Positions 14,346 through 27,383 of a stretch of 64,000 bases of DNA are shown piece by piece; the first letter of the stretch is position 1; every line of letters starts with the position of its first letter. The notes beneath the pieces were generated by a model, which worked only from the letters and a program-made list of their open reading frames with translations, did no database searches and was not told the origin of the DNA. The stretch lies in the NCBI RefSeq assembly GCF_004010195.1, contig NC_057718.1, forward strand, positions 79,489,721 to 79,553,720, in the 5' to 3' direction. A program made the translations under genes and the position numbers. Origin of the DNA: Chiloscyllium plagiosum (lineage: Eukaryota).

Positions 14346-16479
14346 ACTGATCATTGGTCACCTGACTTTAATTCTGTTACTTATAATCAAATCCAATGTG
14401 CCTTAGGCCCTAGTGTCCTTACCTGTGGGCTGTCGAGGCCTGGATTTAAGTCCCACCTGCTCCAGAGGCATGTAATAATGTCTTTGGGTTTAAAAAAAAT
14501 CCAAAGTGCTTTCTCCCTTTAGTGGCTCTTTTACAAACAAAGCAATAGAATAGTTATTACTAGAAATTCTTCTGTCTTCCCATGAGAGACAATATTGTTC
14601 CAGTCAATTTCAGATAATTTAAATCTCCAACTACTGTAATTGGTTCCTTATTAATCCTTTTCCTTATCTCATTTTACATTTCCAGATTAAGCTTTCTGCC
14701 AGGCCTAGGAGTCCATTGCAATTCTCCAAGAATAGTTCACCTCTGTTCTCTTGTATCTATTCTACCCAAAGTCATTCTATATCTGTCCTTTTTTACATTC
14801 CATATTTGCTCACTTATGTCTTAGAACTGGAGTTTATAAATAATGTCACTCCATCTCCTTTTGTTTTCTCAATAGTTTCTTTTAAACAATTTCCATCATT
14901 CCAAATATGAGTCTCATTGCTTATAATTGTTCGACTGCATCTGTGATATTAGTCATTAACAAGCTATCATCCAGTGCAAGACATTTCATATCACAAATGT
15001 TTTTGACAGACGTGTTGCATAAATACAAGGCATTTTACCTTTTCCATTTAATTTATTAACATTTTTACTTTCTCAGTCTCATCCACCATTATTATTAAGT
15101 TTTTTACATTTATATTATGTTTTCACAAGTACAACTTAAGGTTTGCATCAGTCAACATGGATCCACTCTTTCACCTGCCACAGCTCCCCCACTTATTTTG
15201 CAATCTATGCCTCTTCCCTAATAGGACTTCTGATTAGCTTTCTCTTTCAGTTTAGGCAGAGCACATCTTATTGGTATGGACTGCAATTATTCTAAAAGAT
15301 ATCCCACCTTTTGAGGAATCCAAACCATGATTCCTTACTTCAACACCCTGGTTATCTAGTGGTCAGCCATAGCACATAGAATTGGTGCAATAACTATTTC
15401 TGACTCCTGATTGACCATGAAGGATAGACCTGCCCTTCAGATCTGAAATTACCTCCCGACTGCATCTCTCTGTCTTTTCTTTTTAAAGACACTCCTTAAT
15501 TTCTTTGACCAAGCTTTTGCTGTGGAAAAAATTTCAGTGGCTCAAAGTCAAATATTACTAATACCCTCCTGCGAATCACTCTGAGCCATTTTATGACATG
15601 AAATGTGTTTTATAAATTTGAGTTATTGTGTTAAGATTGCTAGATTGCTCAATGAGACTTTCTTTGAGGTCAGTGACAAGTGCCATTATTTCACTGCTGA
15701 CCATAAAATCTGGGCCAATGGAACTGTCACGGATCAGAAGGAAAAATGCTTCAGTAAAAACAACATCAGCAATTTTAAAACCAATTTCTTTGTCCTAAAC
15801 GAAACCAAGAGCACACAAAGGAATAATATATAGTGAATTTGAGACGTCCCTGGACATAATGAAATGTAATAATCAATAACACAACCTGGTGTTCTAGTCT
15901 CATTGGCATTTACAGAAAAGGTCCATTGCAGGTTTATTCCCTGCATGCTGCCATTTAGATGGTGCTTTAGGAATTGAAAGAAAAAAGAGGCAATTTGTTG
16001 CAATGAGATTTATGTTTTGAACAGTATGTGCACCATTTTCTCTCTCCAATTATTCAAAATGGAAACAAGATTCATAAGCCAAAATTTTACAGATTTCAGG
16101 GAGCTTGCTGTGTGTGATAGGGTGGGATAGTGATGGTGAGTGAGTAGCTGTGAGGCAGGAGGCAGGTTGCATTAAATCAATTGGGCAGGCAGGGAATGCT
16201 ATTCTCGTCACCTTCTCTCTGCTGCCAGTAGATGCCAGGCCGCCCACCAATTAAGGCTGATAAGCCTCAACTTCAATTGTCTGCCCTCTGGAGCCTTTTG
16301 CATCATGGCCGTCCTGGGATGACTGTAGTTCCAGCACTGTTCTACCACTTGCTGTGGAACTCATGAGACTGAAGAACTGCTTGCCACCTGATTGACAGCT
16401 CTTGGAGGTAAAACAGAAGGAGGCTATTCCATTTGTTAATTCCATGGTAAATCTCTGCAGAATAAGTTAGTTAGTCAGT

Positions 16480-17420
16480 TCAATTTCCCTGCTCTAAACC
16501 CACAGCCCTGCAAACCTATTTCTTTCTGGTATCTATCAAATTTCATGAGCATTCACAATGTAAAAGCTTCCTTCTCACATTCGGCAGATCCCTTACACAA
16601 AATCTGATAATCTATGTCCCCTTGTCCTGTCTTCTATCAGCTCATGGGAACTGCATTTTGTTTATACAGTCATGGAATCAGACAGCACAAAAACAGACTC
16701 TTCGGTCTAACCAGTCCATGCTGAACATAATCCCAAACTAAACTAGTCCCACCTGCCTGCTCCTGGCTCATATTCCTCCAAACATTTCCTATTCATGTAT
16801 TTATGCAAATGTCTTATAAATGTTGTAATTGTGCCCACATCCACCACTTCCTCAGGAACCTAATTCCACATGCTCTAAATATGTCAATTTTGGACACTTC
16901 TACCAAATCAACCTCCTTTGCTCCAAGGAAACCTACAGCCAAATTCCTCATTCCAAAATTCATTCAGGTAGATTTTATCTACACCCTCTCCAGGACCCTC
17001 ATGTTTTCTAAATGGTGGTGACCAGAGCAGGGTGTAGTACTGTAGTTGTGCTAAACCAGATCTTCATAAATGTTCAATGTAACTTCTCTATTTTTTCACT
17101 AATTTTCTCTTTATGAAGAACAAAAATATAAAAAACAAAACTCAATGTGAAGTCCATATGCTTTACTGACTACTCTCTCAATATGTCCTGCCATTTTCAA
17201 GAACCCATGCACATGAAATCATAGGTCTCAATATTCCACATTCTTTAGAATTATATTTTAAAGCTATATTGCACCTCCATATTCCTTTGCAAAATGCACA
17301 TCGTACTTTTCTTACATTAAATTCCACTTGCCATTTGTCTGCCTATTCTGCCAGATCTTCCAGATCCTGTGGAGTCAGTTCATATCATCTTTACTCTTTG
17401 CAATACTGATAGGTTTTCAA
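16480..17420 (-). mobile_element. Degraded CR1 fragments, including a younger 3' end at about 16668-16880
   Basis: ctagtcccacctgcctgctcc matches the reverse complement of CR1 3' UTRs elsewhere in the window. Confidence 0.6.
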
Positions 17421-17906
17421 TTTTCCAATATCCAAGTAATATTCATTATTATAAAGTCTGTCTTTTGTTTTGTCAAAAACAATGTTATTTGATAATGGTT
17501 TTCCAAGTCAGTGTTTCCAGTACTTAAAATAGCAATTTCTATTTTTTTTTCTTTTCTTTAGAATCAGTCTAATAGCAGTTTCTAAGGTGACTGAATATTT
17601 GCATGACTAATTCAGAAGTTCAAAATCCATTAAACTGGACATAGCCTGTTGAGAAAACGTCATTAAAAATAACTATCTTGAAGGAGTGTGAATGGGCTAG
17701 CTCCTTAACCATTCCTTTGGCATCCAATGGTGTATCCAATTGGGTGAGGGCCAAGCATTAGATGCCATTACCTTAGGCAATGAAATTGGGCTAAGAAAGG
17801 AATTCATCATCATAATCTTATCACGCGGAGTCATGTAGTGGAATCCACTAGCCACAACTATATTTTGGCCAATTGGAGAGAGGGTATTATATGCAAACTA
17901 ACTAAA

Positions 17907-18125
17907 AGAAAGTGAGCATTGCAGATGCTGGAGATCAGAGTTGAGAGTGTGCTGCTGGAAAAGCACAGCAGGTAAGGTAGCAACTGAGGAGCAGGAGAAT
18001 CGATGTTTCAGACAAAAGCCCTTCATCAGGAATGAGACTTGTGGGCCGGGAGGGCTGAGAGTTAAATGGGAGAGGGCTGAGAGTTAAATGGGAGAGGACT
18101 GAGAGTTAAATGGGAGAGGGGTGAG
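17907..18125 (-). mobile_element. Short PLE terminal-repeat insertion with hammerhead motif and a 22-bp tandem triplication
   Basis: TSD actaactaaa at 17897-17906 and 18126-18135; gcccttcatcagg; (gggctgagagttaaatgggaga) about x3. Confidence 0.8.
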
Positions 18126-20285
18126 ACTAACTAAACCTCAGTTATGTTTAAGAAACAGTTCTTGTTTTTAACCTGTAAAAAAGCAGGAAGAGATGCAGAA
18201 GAAGCAGGGACCTTGAGTGGGGCATTCTCACTCTCTGTCCAGCTTACAAGTTTGAGTCCTGTCTGTTGTTCAATCATCTACATGTTGCAGGCAGACTTCT
18301 AAGAATCAATGCAGCAGTTTCTGCCTCTATAAGAATAGATTCATCATTGCAATTAAAACATTTTGATGGTGAATCCAGAGGGATCGTTAAACTTAGCTTG
18401 AAATGAGTCAAGAAATCATTCCAAAAAATCTGTATACCTTTAACTTATTTTGTACTTTTCAAGTATTCCTTAATCTAATCTTTCACTTTGTAATTTATTT
18501 GTGCGTGTATATCTGAATGCATGTGTGCATGAAAGCTGGAGTGTTTTTATTAGTTTTATTTGACCGGGTAAAGTACAATAAACTCTATTCAGCTTTCCTT
18601 GTAAAAACCTACATGGAATTGTGTGTGTGTATCTTTTTAGACAGCATTACAAAACCATTGAAGTGATGTGGAGCAGAAGAAGGTCATTCAGCCCATCAGG
18701 CCTGCACTGACTTGTTAATTGAGTTTCATTACCTGGTGCTTCTTTTCTTCACGTTATGTTTATCAAAAAAAAAATCTTGAATGCCTCAACTGAACCAATT
18801 TCTAATGCATTCCCATACACACTAAGTAAAAAATGTTTTTCCCTACTTTGCTTTTTTTGAAGATCACTTTAAATTTATGCCCTTTTGTTCTTGTTTCTTT
18901 TATGAGCGAGAACAGTTTTTCCCTATCTATCCTATCCAGCCTATTCATGACTTTGAAAACCTCAATTAGATCTCCTCTTTACCTCCTTCTCTACAAGGAG
19001 AACAGTCCCAACTTCTTCAATCTAACCTAATAACTGAAGTTCCTCATCCCTGGAACTATTCTTCTAATCCACTTCTGCACTCTCTCTAATGTGTTCATAT
19101 CCTTTCGAGAATGTGGCAACCAGAACTGTGGACAATACTCCAGCTGAGGTCTAACACGTTTCTTATACAAGTTCACCATCACTTCTATGCTCTTGTACTC
19201 TATGTCTTATTAATAATGTCAAGGATACTGAATGCTTTATTAACTGCTTTCTTCACCTGTCCTGCTAGAATAGTGAGCCTCTGGAATTCTTGTCCATGGA
19301 AATCAGTTGAGGCCAAAATATTGAAAATTTTCAAGAAGAAGTTAGATACTGCTCTTGGAACTAAAAACACCAAAATGTATGGTGACAAAGTAAAAACAGA
19401 ATATTGAGCTGGATGATAAGCCATGATCATGTTGAATGACAGAACAGGTTGAGGGCTAAATGGCCTACTCCTGCTCCTGTTTGTAATATATCTGTAGTTC
19501 AATGATATGTACACATCTACACTCAAGGCCCTCTGCTCTTGCACATCCCTTTGAATTTTATTCCCTAGTGTACAGTGCCTTTCAATGTTCTTCCTCCCAA
19601 AATGCATCATGTCATACTTTGTGAATTTGCACTGAAATTCATCTGACACTTATCTGCACACTCCACCAACCCGTCTATGGCATTCTGGAGTTCTTCATTG
19701 TCCTCCTTACACTTTACAATTCTTCCAAGTTTTGTGTCATCTGCAAATGTTGAAATTGCCCCTGCATTCCAAGATCTAAATCATTAATATAGATCAGGAG
19801 AAACAAGGGTTGCAATACCCATCCCTGGGGAATTTCATTACACACCTTGCACCAGCCCGAAAGATATTCATTGACCATTACTCACTGTTTCCTATCACTC
19901 AGCCAATTTTGTATTCAAATTGCTATTGGCTCTATTACTTATCATTTCTCTCACAAGTCTGTTGTGTGGCACTGCATCAAATTCTTCTGAAAATCCATGT
20001 ATACTACATCAATAGTGTTACCCTCATCAGGCCTTTCTGTTAATTCTATCTCAAATAATTGTCTCTCAAGGGTTCCCCAAAACTGAAGTTAAATTGACAA
20101 GTCTTTAATTGTTGGACTTATCCTTACAACCTTTCTTGGACAAGGCTGTTAATGTTAGCAATTTTCCAGTTTTCTAGCATGTCTCCCCAAATCTAGGGAA
20201 GACTGAACTATTGTGGCCAGTTCCCCACTTTAACTTCCTTCAAAATCCTTGGATGCATCTTATCTCATCTGTGCCTTGTTAACAG

Positions 20286-23158
20286 GCAAAACTGAGGACT
20301 GCAGATGCTGGAAACCAGAGTCCAGATTGGAGTGGTGCTGGAAAAGCACAGCAGGTCAGGCAGCATCCGAGGAGCAGGAAAATCGACGTTTCGGGCAAAA
20401 GCCCTTCATCAGGAATACAGGCAGGGAGTCTCCAAGGTGGAGAGATAAATGGGGGTGGGGAGGGGGGATGAGCTGGGGAGAAGGTAACAAAGAGTACAAT
20501 AGGAGAATGGGGGTGAGAATGAAAGTGATGGGTCAGAGAGGAGGATTGGGGAAGGTAGCAAAGAGTACAATGGGTGTGTGGGGGTGGAGATGGAAGTGAT
20601 AGATCAGAGGGGAGGGTGGAGCAGATAGGTGGGAAGGGAGATAGGCAAGTAGGACAGGTCATGGGGACAGCGCCGAGCTGGAAGGATGGAACTTGGGTAA
20701 GGTGGGGTGAGGGAAAATGAGGAAAATGGTGAAGTCCGCATTGATGCCCTGGAGTTGAAGTGTTCCAAGGCAGAAGATGAGGCATTCTTCCTCCACGTGT
20801 CAGGTGGTGAGGGAGTGGCGGTGGAGGAGGCCCAGGACCTGCATGTCTTCAGCAGAGTGGGAGGGGCAGTTGAAATGTTAGGCCATGGGGCAGTGGGGTT
20901 GATTGGTGCGGGTGTCCTGGAGATGTTCCCTGAAGCACTCTGTGAGGAGGCGACCGGTCTCCCCATTGTAGAGGAGACTGCATTGGGAGCAACGGATGCA
21001 GTAAATGACATTAGTGGATGTGCAAGTGAAGCTTTGATGGATGTGGAAGGCTCCTTTGGGGCCTTGGATGGAGGTGAGGGAGAAGGTGTGGGCGCAGGTT
21101 TTGCAATTCCTGCGGTGACGGGGAGGGTGCCAGGATGGGAGGATGGGTTGTTGGGGGGCGTGGACCTGACCAGGTAGTTACAGAGGGAACAGTCTTTGTG
21201 GAAAGCGGAAAGGAGTCGGGAGGGAAATATATCTCTGGTGATGGGGTCTGTTTGGAGGTGACGGAAATGTCGACGGATGATTTGGTTTATGCGAAGGTTG
21301 GTAGGGTGGAAAGTGAGGACTGGAGGGGTTGTGTTCTTGATACGGTTGGAGGGGTGGGTTTTAGGGCGGAGGTGCGGGATGTGGATGAGAAGTGTTGGAG
21401 AGCATCTTCAACCACGTGGGAAAGGAAATTGCGATCTCTAAAGGAGAAGGCCATCTGGTGTGTTCTGTGGTGGAACTGGTCCTCCTCAGAGCAGATATGG
21501 CGGAGGTGGAGGAATTGGGAATACGGCTGAGGTGGAGGAATTGGGAATACAGCAGAGATGTTTGGCTGAACTTGTCCTCACCCTTAACAATTTCTCCTTC
21601 AAATCCTCCCACCTCCTCCAGAGCAAAGGGATAGCCATGGGCACCCGTATGGGCCCCAGCTATGCCTGTCTCTTTGTCGGCTACGTGGAACAGTCCATCT
21701 TCCATAGTTACACTGGCACCACTCACCACCTCTTCCTCCGCTACATTGATGACTGCATCGGCGCCACATCGTGCTCCCACGTGGAGGTTGAGCAATCCAT
21801 CAACTTCACCAACATATTGCACCCTGACTTTATATTCACCTGGACCATCTCTGACACCTCCCTCCCCTTTCTGGACCTCTCCATCTCCATTAATGATGAC
21901 CGACTTGACACTGACAATTTTTACAAACCCACCGACTCCCACAACTACCTGGATTACACCTCTTCCCGTCATACCTCCTGCAAAAATGCCATGCCATATT
22001 CCCAATTCCTCCGCCTCTGCTGCATCTGCTCCCAGGAAGACCAGTTCCACCACAGAACACACCAGATGGACTTCTTCTTTAGAGATCGCAATTTCCTTTC
22101 CCATGTGGTTGAAGATGCCCTCCAACGCAGCTCATCCACATCCCGCACCTCCGCCCTCAAACCCCACCCCTCCAACCGTAACAAGAATAGAACCCCCCTG
22201 GTCCTCACTTTCCACCCAACCAACCTTCGCATTAACAGCATCATCCGCTGACATTTCTGCCACCTCCAAACGGACCCCACCACCAGAGATATATTTCCTT
22301 CCCCACCCCTTTCCGCTTTCCACAAAGACTGTTCCCTCCGTGACTACCTGGTCAGGTCCACGCCCCCCAACAACCCACCATCCCATCCTGACACCCTCCC
22401 CTGCCACCGCAGGAATTGCAAAACCTGCGCCCACACCTCCCCCCTCACCTCCATCCAAGGCCCTAAAGGAGCCTTCCACATCCATCAACGTTTCACCTGC
22501 ACATCGACTAATATCATTTATTGCATCCGTTGCTCCCAATGCGGTCTCCTCTACATTGGGGAGACTGGATGCCTCCTCGCAGAACGCTTCAGGGAACATT
22601 TCTGGGACACCCGCACCAATCAACCCCACCGCCCCGTGGCCCAACATTTCAACTCCCTTCCCACTCTGCTGAGGACATGCAGGTCCGGGGCCTCCTCCAC
22701 TGCCGCTCACTTACCACCCGACGCCTGGAGGAAGAATGCCTCATCTTCTGCCTTGGAACACTTCAACCCCAGGACATCAATGTGGACTTCACCAGTTTCC
22801 TTATTTCCCCTTCCCCCACCTTACCTCAGTCCCAATCTTCCAGCTCAGTACTGTCCTCATGACCTGCCCTACCTGTCAATCTCCCTTTCCACCAATCCAC
22901 TCCACTCTCCCCTCTGATCTATCACCTCCATCCCCACACCCATTCACCTATTGTACTCTTTGCTACCTTCTCCCCAGCCCCACTACCCCCCCATTTATCT
23001 CTCCACCCTGGAGGCTCCCTGCCTTTATTCTTGATGAAGGGCTTTTGCCCAAAACGTCGATTTTCCTGCTCCTCGGATGCTGCCTGACCTGCTGTGCTTT
23101 TCCAGCACCACTGTAATCTAAACTCTGGTTTCCAGCATCTGCAGTCCTCACTTTTGTC
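20286..23158. mobile_element. Penelope-like element (Neptune-like) with about 1.2 kb inverted arms
   Basis: + strand RT motifs (KGIAMGTRMGPSYA, RYIDD, FLD), CxxxCxxC linker, GIY-YIG (IYCIRCSQCGLLYIGETG) near 22515-22570; 20286-21527 is the reverse complement of about 21993-23158; TSD gccttgttaacag. Confidence 0.93.
20381..20416 (-). ncRNA. Minimal type I hammerhead ribozyme motif (intact core)
   Basis: AUUC CUGAUGA A GGGC UUUU GCCC GAAA CG UC GAUU; stem I is weak. Confidence 0.7.
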
Positions 23159-23355
23159 CTGGGCCTTGTTAACAGTCTATCCAATACTTTCGCCCAATCA
23201 ATTTTGAACCCTTCAAATGACTGAGTTCCCTCCTCTGTCACCATGGACTGTGTAGTAGCTCTTTGGTAAAGACAGATGCAAAGTATTCATTAGACTCAGC
23301 CATCCCCTCTGCCTTCAGCTGTAAATCCTCCCTTTTACCACCCGTTTATTATTTA

Positions 23356-23485
23356 CAGAGGAACCTCGATTATCCAGCATTCGATTATCCGAATATCGGA
23401 TTGTCTGGCAAGATCGCAATGTTCCAGTGTTTGGCTAAACTATGTTAACCGGCATTCGATCGTGCGGAATTCAATTAACCGAACG
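23356..23485 (+). mobile_element. Tc1/mariner (pogo/Tigger-like) transposon end
   Basis: TA|cagaggaacctcgattatcc with repeated cgattatcc; second copy at 54275-54406. Confidence 0.65.
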
Positions 23486-23624
23486 AAGGTGTTCCAAAGG
23501 CATGAGAGGCACTAACAATTGGAGGTTGTTTTTTCATCATATGTACAATAATCTCAACAGCAGCTGTCTGAGAATTTACTCAACTTTCAACAGATACTAA
23601 GAGTTAGTGTCAATGCTGTGGAAC

Positions 23625-24062
23625 AAGGAGTCTTCAATTGGAAGAAGAATGTCTCATCTTCCTTGGGATCCTACAGTCACATGGCATTAACATTAACTTC
23701 ACCAGTTTCCAAATCTCCCCTCTCCCACCTCATCCCAGATCCAATCCTCCAACTCGATACTGCTCTCTTGACCTATTTGAAATGTCCATCTTCCTTTCCA
23801 ACTATCTGCTCCACCCTCCCCATCGACCAATCACAATTACCTCCCACTTGCATACACCTATTGCCTTCCAACCTACCTTTCGCCCAGCCCCAGCCCCATC
23901 TCCCTGTTTATATCTCAGCCCTCTGCCTCCTTCACATTCCTGATGAAGGGCTTATGCCCGAAACATCGACTCTCCTGTGCCTCGGATGCCGCCTGACCTG
24001 CTGTGTCTTCCACCACACGTTTTGACCCTGACTGTCCAGCATCTGCAGTCCTCACTTCCTCC
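23625..24062 (+). mobile_element. PLE 3' end with terminal repeat and hammerhead motif at 23936-23972
   Basis: EEECLIFLG...QSHGININF resembles the PLE C-terminus near 22730; ctgatga-a-gggc-ttat-gccc-gaaa-ca-tc. Confidence 0.8.
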
Positions 24063-24140
24063 TTTATAAGTAACTGGTCAATTACTTGAACAAAAACATG
24101 CTATATCTGTAAAACACAATGTTTCTGCCAAAAGATGTAC

Positions 24141-24852
24141 GGACCTTGGAGTGCAGGTTCATAGCTCCTTGAAAGTGCAGTCACAGGTAGATAGGATAGT
24201 GAAGAAGGCGTTTGGTATGCTTTCTTTTATTGGTCAGATTATTGAGTACAGGAGGTGGGAGGTCATGTTGCGGCTGTACAGAACATTGGTTAGGCCGCTG
24301 TTGGATTATTGCGTGCAATTCTGGTCTCCTTCCTATCGGAAAGATGTTGTGAAATTTGAAAGGGTTCAGAAAAGATTTACAAGGATGTTGCCAAGGTTGG
24401 AGGATTTGAGCTATAGGGAGAGGTTGAATAGGCTGGGTCTGTTTTCCCTGGAGCGTCGGAAGCTGAGGGGTGACCTTATAGAGGTTTATAAAATCACGAG
24501 AGGCATGGATAGGATAAATAGACAAAGTCTTTTCCCTGGGGTGGGGGAGTCCAGAACTAGAGGACATAGGTTTAGAGTGAGAGGGGAAGGATATAAAGGA
24601 GACGTCAGGGGCAACTTTTTCACTCAGAGGGTGGTACATGTATGGAATGAGCTACCAGAGAAAGTGGTGGAGGCTAGTAAAATTGCAACATTTAAAGGGC
24701 ATCTGGATGGGTATATGAATAGGAAGGGTTTGAAGGGATATGGGCCAGGTGCTGGCAGATGGGACTAGATTGGGTTGGGATATCTGGTTGGCATGGATGA
24801 GTTGGACTGAAGTGTCTGTTTCAATGCTGTACATCTCTATGACTCTCTGACT
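24141..24852 (+). mobile_element. CR1 LINE 3' fragment
   Basis: Uninterrupted 205-aa ORF2 C-terminus; ctctatgactctctga tail. Confidence 0.92.
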
Positions 24853-24947
24853 TCAAGTAGAACACAGTCAGAGAGCAACTAAAGGGAAAATGGCTATTCT
24901 CACACTGATTGACTAGAGCAACTTAAAATTGAAGAGAAATCAAACTT

Positions 24948-24985
24948 AGTTCTGAGGAAGGGTCACTGGACCCGAAATGTTAACT
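24948..24985 (+). ncRNA. Minimal hammerhead motif in a PLE terminal fragment (about 24946-25070)
   Basis: AGUU CUGAGGA A GGGUC ACUG GACCC GAAA UG UU AACU; perfect 4-bp stem I and 5-bp stem II. Confidence 0.7.
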
Positions 24986-27383
24986 CTGATATCTCTGCAC
25001 AGATGTTGCCAGAGCTGCTGAGCTTTTCCAGCAACTTCTGTAATTGTTTCTGATTTACAGCATCCGCAGTAAACCAGTAATGAATTTATATGCACTTCAC
25101 AATCATGGATTCTCACTCTTGATGAAGACTGCATGTTTTGCCCTCAAATTCTTTCAAAAAGTCAAAGAAGTTGGACAACACAGGACTAAAAGTACCTTTA
25201 AGCATTAGTGCACTAAATTATTTCAGAACAAACTATAGCATCACATTAAAAGTTAGCAACAAGCTATTTTGCCTCTATATTCCCCGGAGGATTCCACATC
25301 CTTTAATGAAACAGGTTTGGAAGCAACTTCAGGAAATGATCAGAATCAGAATAATTTTCCTGTTGATAAAAGCTAATCAAATGGTGTTCAGGCATGGTTA
25401 CTATCACTTAACCCAACGTGACAGCATTACAGCATATAATGAGGAACTTATTTATGAAACTAGCCACTCCAGCCACAGTGTGCAGTGGCCAACAAGTCAA
25501 AATAGGCTCAAACAACAACGACAGCGATAGAAGAAGGATCAAGGAGATGCCATTCATGGTTCTTGAAGGGTGGCCCAACCAAACCCCAGTGGCTTCATCA
25601 TGAAGTACTATTTTGAGCACTGACAGCAATTCACAATCATGGACTGGTGTTTCATGAAAGGTTGGTCATTCTAGCTTGACCGAGGGAAGATACATCAGAG
25701 GCACTTGACAATTGCCAAATTCAGAGCCAGAGCTTAGATATTGGTATGGCAACCAGGAATTGCAAAAGAGATTAGGACCTCATAGCTGACAATGACATTT
25801 TGCTCTTCACAAGCTTGAGCAGTCAATGATAACTATCACTTCATCACCAAACGCAGGGGAACAGATCTATTTATATTTGATGTGCAGTTGTACTTTATTG
25901 CTCTTCACTAAATTTCATTGTGGATAGAAGTAAAAGATATGTAATGCCATAGTTATATTGTCAGGATCTTGCCTGAAATATTTGATGCACGTGGGGTTTC
26001 ATGTGTCAGAGAATGGACCACAGTTTGCTAACATGTCCGTCGGCTAATTTTCTGAAGGTTCTAGATTTGAACACATAATAAGCTCCTATGCATAAAGCCA
26101 TGCTATTATTGCCAATATTGGAGTCAAGGGCAGCCTCCAATATTGATCCTCGGCTTCAGGCACGGTCAGTCAACAACCTGATGCAGTCACAGTCAGGGGA
26201 TCCATGCCTCTACAGTTTAGGGAGTAGCCCACGGTCAGACCCATAGGTCCAGTGCAATCAGTCTGGGGAATGGTGGTAAAACAATTGGGGAGCTGTACAA
26301 ATTAAACGTCTTCCATTCATCATTCAGGCTGTTTAATTAAAACACTCAAGTCGGGGGCTATGGTCAGTACTGATGTCCATCCACTAAATGTCAACAGGGA
26401 GAACAGGTAATTGTCAGGGGCCATTGCTGTGGGAGGGAAGCTGAAAACTTAATTGTGGGGATTGCATGCTAAGATGCAGAGGTGATTGCAATTATGAATA
26501 GGAGTAACTCAATATTTAAAAGGGGAGACAATACTGCATAGTAGGGAAAGGGATAATGTAACTGTCACTAGCATCCTGGCTTCCATGTGGGTACAGGTAA
26601 CACTGTATCTGGCATGCTGACTGAATGCAGGGGGTGCAATGATCACTCAAATTTTTTTACTGGCTGCGCAGGAGGCCTACGTGCTGCAATGGCTTCTGGA
26701 ACAGGAAGTCAATTACTGGCGTACCGATGCTAATTGCCATGTGTAGAATATCAGAACGGCATCACATGTGCGCATCCACATAACTTGGAAGGAATGTTGC
26801 TGGGGGGGCTTAAAGGGGGTTAACTAGCTGAAGCAACCTTATCACTAATAAATATTTTAAGCCATCTGTAAAGATTCGCCTTGTGTCTTTTGTCAGTATT
26901 CAGAATTAATTATGTTAAATAAATGGTATTACCTATAGGCAGACTTATTGGAAGAGACCCAAAAACAGGACTGTTCCCCCACCCTGACTTGCACGCTGAT
27001 TCTCACCCTCCTCAAGCCAAAATAGGTAATTTGTACTTTTATAGTAGTATTGAGTTTTATTTTAAGCATGAGACAGTATGATTAGACAGTTAACAAAGTG
27101 CAGTGTTGATATTTGTCATTCTGAGGACAGAAAACTGATTGTTCACACCACTATTACTATATGTCTTACAAATATGCAAAATAATTTAGCTAACCAATAG
27201 AAAATTGTGCCTCAGTTGAGTTTGACTTCAATTCACTTTCTATCAAGAGGAGGGAGTTCATATAGTGGCATGTGCTTTATCTAATTAATCAATATGGACT
27301 GAGTGCCCTCTATGACAATCAATGGGCCTTTCTAATGTTAGTGAGACAGTTTGCAGAAAATGTGGTGTTCGTGTAACAGTGCA

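Larger units (their letters stand above)
18660..23350 (-). mobile_element. Old CR1 LINE interrupted by a PLE (20286-23158) and a + strand CR1 tail (about 19266-19485)
   Basis: RT motifs (MHFGRKN, VKKA) left of the PLE; NEYFASVFT-encoding sequence resumes at about 23265-23292. Confidence 0.75.

Noticed and set aside
18051..18120. CRISPR-like repeat array
   Set aside because: Direct tandem repeats without spacers, in a vertebrate retroelement.
21662..22672. 336-aa Pro/Ser/Thr-rich ORF and overlapping antisense ORFs
   Set aside because: Alternative frames of C-rich PLE sequence. The real frame is the RT/GIY-YIG one, broken by a stop at 22249-22251.
26160..26820. Possible Harbinger transposase remnant
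   Set aside because: Only faint motif resemblance and no supportable reading frame.
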